Shown here piece after piece: positions 34,770 to 42,097 of a stretch of 50,519 nt of DNA. A program made the position numbers and the translations under genes. Numbering within the stretch: position 1 is the stretch's first letter; each line of letters opens with the position of its first letter. Origin of the DNA: an uncultured Pseudomonadota bacterium (GTDB lineage: Bacteria > Pseudomonadota > Alphaproteobacteria > RF32 > CAG-239); NCBI GenBank assembly GCA_949295935.1, contig CASFMW010000012.1, forward strand, positions 1 through 50,519, read 5' to 3'. The notes below the pieces were generated by a model. The model saw only the letters and a list, made by a program, of their open reading frames with translations, ran no database searches and was not told where the DNA came from.

Positions 34770-36168
34770 TGTCAAATTTTTGTTATGCTCTACAACTTTG
34801 GCACTGACTTTGGGTTTATTGCCAATTCAGAATGCTGAAGCTTTGATTTCGGCTCCGCAGGCCGATAATGTTCCGGGACGTGTTTCGCTCGCGCCTGAAT
34901 TGGAAAACGATATGACTCCTTCTCAAAACGCGGATCCATTATTGCCCAACAAGGATTTAGAGAGACCAGCTTCTCAAAACAATGCCGCCATAGATGGTTT
35001 TATGAAGCCGTCTCCGCGTAGTCTCGGACAGCAAAATCCGCAGCCTGCTGCTAATACTAATCCTCAGGTTAAAGGTGTGGCTTCAGCTAATGGCTCTGTC
35101 GGTAAGGGCAATGATCCTATTTTGAAATCAAGCGCACCAACTAAAGAGCCTGATCCTTTGGCAGATATTGTTTCTTTAAGCGAAGAAGAAAAAGCTTTGT
35201 ATGGTGATAATATTCTTAAACAGCTTGGTGATAATCTGTTTTCACAGATGTCAGACATCGAAAAACAGTCGGCTCTTTTGTCTCTTGAACTCAGAAGAGA
35301 AAAAATACGTGCTGAAATAGAAGCCATTCGCAATCAGCGTAAAAAAGCATTAGCTGAGGAAGAGGCTTTAAAAGAAGAGAAGCTTCAAAAACAACGTGAG
35401 TGGGAAGCTGAACAAGAAAAGAAGAAATTTGAAATGGAGCAAGAGAAGCGTAAGCTCGAGCTCGAAGCTGAAAAGCTCCGTCAAGAGGCTTTGGTTAAGG
35501 CCTATAAAGAAAAGATGCTAGAGCGTGAACAAGCATGGATCGAGACGATGGGCAAAGCTTATAAAGAGGTTTCTGAGTTAAATAAAGATCGTGAATTTCT
35601 TTTATCTGACTTTACTCGTAAGCTTGATAATCTTCGCAGTATGGCTGCACAAGCTGTTACCGAAGCTAATAATGCTAAGGTAAGATACGACAAAGACGTT
35701 TCTGTTCTGAAGACTCAGATTTCTGTTTTGAAAGCACGCTTGGCTGCCGAACAGGCTGCTAAGAAGACCACAAACCCGTTTGCTCAGATTTCAAGCGAAG
35801 TTAAACCGGTTATGCTGAGTGATGTTTATGCCGTTATGGAAATTGTTGGAAAAGATGATAACTTAGTGGCAAAACTTATTAATAAAAATGGTGACAGCTT
35901 CTTGGTAAAAAAAGGCACGATTTTGCAGACCGGACATGTTGTTGATGATATTTCCGAGACATTTGTCAGTGCTGACTTAGATGGTGTTAAGGACTATTTG
36001 TTCTTCTCTGCTGGGGGTATTCTTGATGCTGAACCTGTTTCAAATGGGGTTATAGGGTCTGCTAAGGAAGCTTTAGGCGATGATGCCTCTAAGAAAGGAA
36101 GCAAACCGACTGCAAATCTCTTTTCTTCTGAGGTTCCGAACCTCGGACAGGGTATGTTTGTTAAATAG
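34759..36168 (+). CDS. pilP: PilP-like protein with long coiled-coil insertion
   Basis: ATG 34759 with AAGGAG 6 nt upstream. Signal peptide. Charged coiled coil (EKLQKQREWEAEQEKKKFEMEQEKRKLELEAEKLRQEA). C-terminal beta-rich VYAVMEIVGKDDNLVAKLINKNGDSFLVKKGTILQTGHVV resembles PilP. Positional support from gene order. Confidence 0.5.
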   Translation: MRYNVKFLLCSTTLALTLGLLPIQNAEALISAPQADNVPGRVSLAPELENDMTPSQNADPLLPNKDLERPASQNNAAIDGFMKPSPRSLGQQNPQPAANTNPQVKGVASANGSVGKGNDPILKSSAPTKEPDPLADIVSLSEEEKALYGDNILKQLGDNLFSQMSDIEKQSALLSLELRREKIRAEIEAIRNQRKKALAEEEALKEEKLQKQREWEAEQEKKKFEMEQEKRKLELEAEKLRQEALVKAYKEKMLEREQAWIETMGKAYKEVSELNKDREFLLSDFTRKLDNLRSMAAQAVTEANNAKVRYDKDVSVLKTQISVLKARLAAEQAAKKTTNPFAQISSEVKPVMLSDVYAVMEIVGKDDNLVAKLINKNGDSFLVKKGTILQTGHVVDDISETFVSADLDGVKDYLFFSAGGILDAEPVSNGVIGSAKEALGDDASKKGSKPTANLFSSEVPNLGQGMFVK

Positions 36169-36182
36169 TTTACGAGGGCATT

Positions 36183-37892
36183 TTGGCTGACGAGAACGAA
36201 ATTCAGGACCCGACAGTTCTTTCCTCGGAGCCGGCTGATCTAACCTCTTCCGAAGAGACGGCTATTTCTGCTGTCTCTTCAGATATTGAGAGTAATGACA
36301 GTTATGACTTGAAGGAAGATAAGCCTACAAACAAGATTCAGGCTTATTTTCAGCATGGAAATAGATTGTTGACGTTGCCTAGCAATCCAAACCTTGTGAT
36401 TAATGATGACACAAGGCGGTTAGTTGCGTTGTTTTCAGACGGTCGATTTCTTGTTTCGGAAACGCATAAGTTTGACGGACGCGTTCTCAGCTTTGAGGTT
36501 TTGGTTCGAAAAAAGAAGCTCAGTATCAGCAAACCAGAATATGTTTCACAAAATGAGCTGAATGCCGTTTATGCTATTGGTGAGCGATCTAATGTTAACA
36601 TTGAAGGTGATGAAGACCTTGCTCAACTGCAAATGCAGAAAGACTTTGTTAACGTTGTTGCGCGTGCTGCATCGCAAAAAGTTTCTGATATTCATATTGT
36701 TGTGGCCTCAAGCACTCAGATTATGTTCCGAATTAACGGTATGATGTCTGTTGTTATGGAATATAATAAAGAGTGGGGAGAATCTTTTGTGCGTGCGGCA
36801 TTTGCCTCTGCAGATATTTCAGATTCAAACTATGCTCAAAATGAATTTCAGGGCGCTCAGAAGCTTGGCTCAACACCGCTGCGCGGCTCTAAAGGAAAGT
36901 TGATGCTGCCGCATAATATTTTAGCTATTCGATTGCAATTTAATCCGATTGCATTCGGATCTCAATATTTGGTTATGCGTCTGTTATATGCCGATGACAA
37001 CCCAGAAGGTACCGGTGATTTGTCTTCTTTGGGTTTTGGCGAATATGAAGAAAATTTGTTTTACAGATTGCGCGCTGTTCCTGTTGGGCTTAATATTATT
37101 GCTGGTCCGACCGGTTCAGGAAAAAGTACAACCCTGCAGCGTAATATGATTAGGCTTCTGCAAGAAAAGAACTATGAAGTAAACCTTATTACCGTGGAAG
37201 ATCCGCCGGAGTATCCTATTCCGGGGGCAAGACAGATGCCGGTTACAAACGCTAACAGCGAAGAAGAAAAAGATGAAGAGTTTACGAAAGCGCTTTCAGC
37301 GGCTTTGCGTTCAGACCCTGATGTTATGATGGTTGGTGAAATTCGTTCCATAGCGGCTGCAGAGTTGACCTTTAAAGGTGCATTATCCGGTCACGGGGTT
37401 TGGACAACTTTGCACGCAAACTCTGCTCCTGCGATCATTACGCGTCTGCGTGATATGGGTGTAAAGACATTTATGCTTAATGATCCGGAATTGATGAAAG
37501 GGTTAATTTCTCAACGTTTATTCCGTAGGCTTTGCCCCCACTGCAGAATTCCGGTAAAAACCATGCTTGATTCTCCGGCAGTTAAGCGCTTGCGCACAGC
37601 ATTAGGCGATTTTGGTGTAGAAAATACTTTTGTACGTGGCCCCGGGTGCAAATATTGCGATAATACCGGTATTAAAGGTAGAATGTCTGTTCCTGAAATT
37701 ATTTTACCCGACGCTCATTTCTTAGAATTAATGATTTCCGGTGAAACAAGAAAAGCTATTGATTATTGGACAAGTGATTTAAATGGTCGTTCACTTAAAG
37801 ATGCTGCGATCGAACGCATGCTCAAAGGTTATATTGACTTAGATGAGGTGGAACGCTGGTGCGGCTTGCTTGATCAGAGACCTGTATATTAG
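36183..37892 (+). CDS. pilQ: type IV pilus assembly ATPase (GspE/PilB family, PilQ of R64 nomenclature)
   Basis: Walker A GPTGSGKST, Walker B DPDVMMVGEIRS, His-box GHGVWTTLHANS, tetracysteine CPHC...CKYC. TTG start at 36183. Confidence 0.9.
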   Translation: MADENEIQDPTVLSSEPADLTSSEETAISAVSSDIESNDSYDLKEDKPTNKIQAYFQHGNRLLTLPSNPNLVINDDTRRLVALFSDGRFLVSETHKFDGRVLSFEVLVRKKKLSISKPEYVSQNELNAVYAIGERSNVNIEGDEDLAQLQMQKDFVNVVARAASQKVSDIHIVVASSTQIMFRINGMMSVVMEYNKEWGESFVRAAFASADISDSNYAQNEFQGAQKLGSTPLRGSKGKLMLPHNILAIRLQFNPIAFGSQYLVMRLLYADDNPEGTGDLSSLGFGEYEENLFYRLRAVPVGLNIIAGPTGSGKSTTLQRNMIRLLQEKNYEVNLITVEDPPEYPIPGARQMPVTNANSEEEKDEEFTKALSAALRSDPDVMMVGEIRSIAAAELTFKGALSGHGVWTTLHANSAPAIITRLRDMGVKTFMLNDPELMKGLISQRLFRRLCPHCRIPVKTMLDSPAVKRLRTALGDFGVENTFVRGPGCKYCDNTGIKGRMSVPEIILPDAHFLELMISGETRKAIDYWTSDLNGRSLKDAAIERMLKGYIDLDEVERWCGLLDQRPVY

Positions 37893-37911
37893 CAAGAAAG
37901 ATGAGGTTCTT

Positions 37912-39027
37912 ATGGAAACAAAAAAATCGACAACCCTTGATAGAGCAATGAAAAAACTTGGTACAGTAGAAACCTACTATGCCAAGGTTATTTGCCGTAT
38001 GTCTACAAATACAAGACTGAAAATTTACCGTAAGATGGCATCTTTATTGCGCAACAGATTTTCTTTAATGAACGCATTGGATTTGCTTCACAGCGGTGCC
38101 AGTAACGGAGGTAAAAATCCTGATGAACCAATGGCAATCGCTATTGCAAACTGGGCAAGGGCTTTGCAAAATGGTTTGTCGTTCTCTGATGCTTTGAAGG
38201 GTTGGGCTCCGGACCGTGAAAGATTGATGTTATCCGTAGGTGATGTTTCGGATATGGAAAACGCTTTGATGAACCTTATTCGCGTATCTGAAGGTACAAC
38301 AAAGATGATCCGTCCGATTATCGGCGCAATTACTTATCCGTCATTTTTGTTCATGATGTCGGTTTTGATTATTTATGCTATTGGTGTTTACATGGTGCCG
38401 CCGATGATTGATGCCGCACCGGGGGTTATTTGGCGTGGTACTGCCGCAACTTTGGTTGATTTATCATCGTGGATTCAAGAGAACTGGATAATGGCTTTTT
38501 CTTTTTTGCCTGTTGTTGCTCTTATCATTTATGCCACAATTGGAATTTGGACAGGACCTTTGCGTGCTATGTTTGACCATATGCCACCTTGGTCATTATA
38601 CAAAATTTTTACCGGTATTAGCTGGCTGTTAGCATTGTCTGCCTTAGTCAAGAGCGGCACGCCAGTTTCTACCTCAATGCGTGCTTTGCGTCGTGATGCA
38701 AGCAAATACTTAAAAGAAAGAATTGACAAGACATTAATTTTCATCAATAACGGTGACAACCTTGGTCAAGCTTTGGCAAAAACAGGCTTGGACTTTCCTG
38801 ATCCAGAAATTATCAATGACTTGAAAATTTATTCTGAACTTGATAACTTTGAAGAGGCCTTGGAAAAATTGGCTAATGAGTGGTTGGAAGAAAGTGTTTA
38901 TTTGATTGAAAACAAGGCTGCCCTTTTGAATATGGCTGCTATCTTGACAGTTGCCGGTATTATTGCTTGGGCGGTTATGGGCGTCTTTGACATGCAAGAT
39001 CAGATTACTTCGGCGATGGGTATCTAA
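37912..39027 (+). CDS. pilR: type IV pilus platform protein (GspF/PilC family, PilR of R64 nomenclature)
   Basis: ATG 37912 lies just after the pilQ stop. About 370 aa with three hydrophobic helices and a two-fold T2SS-F-like organisation. Confidence 0.8.
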   Translation: METKKSTTLDRAMKKLGTVETYYAKVICRMSTNTRLKIYRKMASLLRNRFSLMNALDLLHSGASNGGKNPDEPMAIAIANWARALQNGLSFSDALKGWAPDRERLMLSVGDVSDMENALMNLIRVSEGTTKMIRPIIGAITYPSFLFMMSVLIIYAIGVYMVPPMIDAAPGVIWRGTAATLVDLSSWIQENWIMAFSFLPVVALIIYATIGIWTGPLRAMFDHMPPWSLYKIFTGISWLLALSALVKSGTPVSTSMRALRRDASKYLKERIDKTLIFINNGDNLGQALAKTGLDFPDPEIINDLKIYSELDNFEEALEKLANEWLEESVYLIENKAALLNMAAILTVAGIIAWAVMGVFDMQDQITSAMGI

Positions 39028-39029
39028 TC

Positions 39030-39653
39030 ATGAAAAATCTGAAAAAATATGTTCATGATTTTTATGCTTGGCTAAAGGCACAGAAAAAACGCTTTGAGCT
39101 TGAGAAGTTGCGGCAGCACAAGCATTTTGCCTTGATTTTAGGAATTTGCGGTGTAATTATCGCTTTTGCTATCGGAAGTCTGTTATTGCCTTCGCCATCA
39201 TCTAAAGCTAAAATAGCAGCTTTACAGGTTATTACTCTTGCGGATAATGTTCAAAATTATTATCGTGCAAAACCAAATTTTTGGGGACTGGATACAACTT
39301 CTGCTCTTAAAAGCGGGATATTTTCTGCAGACATGAATGTAAGTGGTGTTGCGCTTAATGCTTTGGGTAAGCCAACTTTAATTGGAAACGGAGAACATGG
39401 TGACACGATTGCTCCTGGAGTGCAGGGTTTTGACATTATTTATAAAGATTTGAGCCGGACACAATGTGTTTTTCTGCTCTCGTTCCCGTTTTCTAACGAA
39501 CAGACACTTGCCCTTTCACAGATATCATTAATCAATGGGGTTAATGATATTATTTCGTTTAGCTGGGGCGGAATCCCCTCTCTGCTGCCTCAGCCTAAGT
39601 TTGCAAAGAAATATTGCGCAAAAAGCAATACTATTATTTGGCATTTTGAATAA
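39030..39653 (+). CDS. membrane-anchored pilin-like protein without recognisable prepilin cleavage motif
   Basis: N-terminal helix FALILGICGVIIAFAIGSLLL with no G-x4-E. C-terminal FDIIYKDLSRTQCVFLLS resembles VIVQYGGIDKQACISIVT of the downstream pilins. Confidence 0.4.
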   Translation: MKNLKKYVHDFYAWLKAQKKRFELEKLRQHKHFALILGICGVIIAFAIGSLLLPSPSSKAKIAALQVITLADNVQNYYRAKPNFWGLDTTSALKSGIFSADMNVSGVALNALGKPTLIGNGEHGDTIAPGVQGFDIIYKDLSRTQCVFLLSFPFSNEQTLALSQISLINGVNDIISFSWGGIPSLLPQPKFAKKYCAKSNTIIWHFE

Positions 39654-39681
39654 AAAAATTATATTCTGAGGAATTTTGATA

Positions 39682-40260
39682 ATGAAAAGTATCAAAAAAG
39701 AGATGGGACGATCAATGATAGAAATAATAGGTGTTTTAGCTATAATAGGTGTTTTATCAATAGGAGGAATTTCTGGATATTCAAAAGCAATGAGAAAATA
39801 TAAAGAGAATAAAGCGATTGACCAGATTTCTAATATTTTCGCAAATATTAGGAGTATTTTTACTAATCAGGGTTCATTTGATAATCTTAATAATGCTTTT
39901 GCAATAAAGTTTGACATTGTTCCTCAAGATATGATTAAAAATGGTGATGAGTTAGTTAATCCATTTGGTGGAGATGTCGTTATCTCTGGTAATGATGACA
40001 ATGATAGGGTTATTGTACAATATGGAGGTATTGATAAACAAGCATGCATATCTATAGTTACTGCTGATTGGGGAGGGACTGCATCTTCGGGATTATTTGA
40101 AATGAAAATTGGTTCTGGAGGAAATGGTAATGCAATGAATTATGATAAAATATATAATTGGAAGAATGATGGACTTCCAATATCATTGCAAGTTGCGCAA
40201 AATGCCTGTAAAGAAAATGAAAATGCAATCAGCTGGGAATATGATTGGTTATCATATTAA
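39682..40260 (+). CDS. pilS: type IV prepilin (paralog 1)
   Basis: ATG 39682 with GAGGA 9 nt upstream. Leader MKSIKKEMG, then RSMIEIIGVLAIIGVLSIGG, with Glu at +5 after the Gly. Confidence 0.8.
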   Translation: MKSIKKEMGRSMIEIIGVLAIIGVLSIGGISGYSKAMRKYKENKAIDQISNIFANIRSIFTNQGSFDNLNNAFAIKFDIVPQDMIKNGDELVNPFGGDVVISGNDDNDRVIVQYGGIDKQACISIVTADWGGTASSGLFEMKIGSGGNGNAMNYDKIYNWKNDGLPISLQVAQNACKENENAISWEYDWLSY

Positions 40261-40406
40261 AAAATATGTTAATAAATTTTCTAAAATATTTACTTTTTGT
40301 TGATTATTTTGTGTTTTAATTTATATTGAAGTTTGTAATTCACTTATCTGTTCGGGCGTTTAATCATTGCTCAGGTAAGATTTTTAGTTCTTTTGGGAGA
40401 AAGAAA

Positions 40407-40949
40407 ATGAAAAAAATTTGTGAAAGCAATCAATCTGGACGTTCAATGATTGAAATGCTTGGCGTGTTAGCTATTATTGGCGTATTATCGGTAGGTGGTG
40501 TTTCTGGTTATTCTAAAGCAATGGCCAAGTATAGAGCTAACAAGACGATTGATCAGGTTTCTATGTTGATTGTAAATATACGTACACTTTACGCGAATCA
40601 GGTAAGTTATGAAGGGCTTGATACAGCTAATGCAATTAAATTTGAGTTAGTTTCTCAAGATATGATTAAGAATAATGCTTTAGTTAATCCTTATGGTGGT
40701 GCTATTACGTTAGCAACAGCCGACGATGATTTGAGTTTTACAGTAACATATGCAGGTATTGATAGACAAGGATGTTTGACTATTGCTACTTCTGATTGGG
40801 GTGGAACGGCTTCTTCAGGATTGGTATCTATGAGTGTAGGTGCTTCAGACTTCTCCTTTGAAGATGATTCGTTTCCTGTTACATTAACTAATGCCGACAC
40901 TGCTTGTGCTTCAGATTCAGACAATGATATTTCGTGGACATATCATTAG
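40407..40949 (+). CDS. type IV prepilin (paralog 2)
   Basis: ATG 40407 with GGGAGA upstream. Leader MKKICESNQSG, then RSMIEMLGVLAIIGVLSVGG. Shares DMIKN, NPYGG, GIDRQGCLTIATSDWGGTASSGL with paralog 1. Confidence 0.8.
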   Translation: MKKICESNQSGRSMIEMLGVLAIIGVLSVGGVSGYSKAMAKYRANKTIDQVSMLIVNIRTLYANQVSYEGLDTANAIKFELVSQDMIKNNALVNPYGGAITLATADDDLSFTVTYAGIDRQGCLTIATSDWGGTASSGLVSMSVGASDFSFEDDSFPVTLTNADTACASDSDNDISWTYH

Positions 40950-40975
40950 ATTTTTCTTTATTGCCTCCTTGATCT

Positions 40976-40998
40976 GTCCCCCGAAAGGGGGCTTTTTT
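40976..40998 (+). terminator. Rho-independent terminator after pilin genes
   Basis: ccccc-gaaa-ggggg hairpin followed by a T6 run. Confidence 0.65.
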
Positions 40999-41075
40999 AT
41001 ATGATTTATCTTTTTTTAATATATATGCTCTATAATGGTTTGCAGTGTTATTAGTTTTGTTGCAGGATTTATATT

Positions 41076-42041
41076 ATGGTTAAAATTAATGATGTAAAGT
41101 TTTCGGATATTTATGTGACGCCGGACAAGAAAGCGTTTATTCCGGACGGAAAAACACGCAATGGTCTAGCCATTTTGGAAGCCGAAGATTTTGAAGAATT
41201 TTATAAGCAGCTTGAAGATGCTTGGGATGGTGACAACCCCAGTTATTCTTTGCTTTATGATGGTATTTTTTATCGTATTGAACGTACAATGAGTATTTAT
41301 GGTCCGCAATACTGCGGTCGTAAAATGCCAAAGCAAGTTCCGCCATTGTCAACTCTGGGCTTTATTCCTCAGCTGACAAACTATTTGACCTCTCTGGCAA
41401 ATGCTTCCGGTCTCATTCTGTGGGCTGGTCCAACCGGACAGGGTAAGACAACATCTCTTTCATCCTTAATGAAAGAATATTTGCAGTCAGAAGGTGGTTT
41501 TGCCTATACGATTGAAGATCCGTGCGAAATGCCGCTGGACGGCGTTTATCATGCTCGCAAAGGCGGCTTGGGTCTGTGTAAGCAAAATATTCCGCCTAAC
41601 GGTGATTGGGGCGCAGGTTTGAAATCGGCTTTGCGTTCTAAGCCTCGTTATATCTTGGTTGGTGAGATACGTACGCCGGAGACTGCCAGTGAAGCGCTTC
41701 GTGCGGCAACATCAGGACACTTGGTTTTATCTTCTATTCACGGAAATAACGTGACAGATGCCATTACATCAGTTGTAAAGTATGCTTCTTCTACCTCAAT
41801 GTCAGAAGAATTAGCTTTCGACTTGTTCTCTCGCGGTATGCTGGCGGTTATGCACCAAACTTTGGTTGGTGTTGGCAATGACAGACATCCTGAGTTGACT
41901 TATTTGTTTGCTAACCCAGACACAACAAAGGGGGACCAAGTTCGCGGTATTATCAAAACCGGAAAGCTTAATCTGGCAACAACCATAGAACTCCAAAAAA
42001 CACGTCTGGAAAAAGGATTAGACCTGTTTCCAGACATCTAG
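41076..42041 (+). CDS. PilT/DotB/VirB11-clade secretion ATPase (321 aa)
   Basis: Walker A GPTGQGKTT, Walker B-like RYILVGEIR, His-box GHLVLSSIHGN. The short N-domain and the size fit retraction-type ATPases rather than GspE. Confidence 0.75.
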   Translation: MVKINDVKFSDIYVTPDKKAFIPDGKTRNGLAILEAEDFEEFYKQLEDAWDGDNPSYSLLYDGIFYRIERTMSIYGPQYCGRKMPKQVPPLSTLGFIPQLTNYLTSLANASGLILWAGPTGQGKTTSLSSLMKEYLQSEGGFAYTIEDPCEMPLDGVYHARKGGLGLCKQNIPPNGDWGAGLKSALRSKPRYILVGEIRTPETASEALRAATSGHLVLSSIHGNNVTDAITSVVKYASSTSMSEELAFDLFSRGMLAVMHQTLVGVGNDRHPELTYLFANPDTTKGDQVRGIIKTGKLNLATTIELQKTRLEKGLDLFPDI

Positions 42042-42058
42042 TTTGGTTGCGCTTTATC

Positions 42059-42093
42059 AAAAAAACACCGATTATCAAAATCGGTGTTTTTTT
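42059..42093. terminator. bidirectional terminator between convergent genes
   Basis: Stem caccgat (42066-72) / atcggtg (42080-86), flanked by an A-run and a T-run. Confidence 0.65.
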
Positions 42094-42097
42094 GTTT

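Noticed and set aside
40261-40406. Possible shufflon or invertible segment associated with the pilin genes, as in R64 pilV
   Set aside because: No inverted 19-bp sfx-like repeats, no recombinase gene and no alternative C-terminal pilV segments are visible. The spacer is simply AT-rich and promoter-like.
2682-42041. Calling the whole block an integrative conjugative element or genomic island
   Set aside because: No integrase, relaxase, coupling protein, tRNA target or flanking direct repeats are present in the window. Mobility cannot be supported from this sequence.
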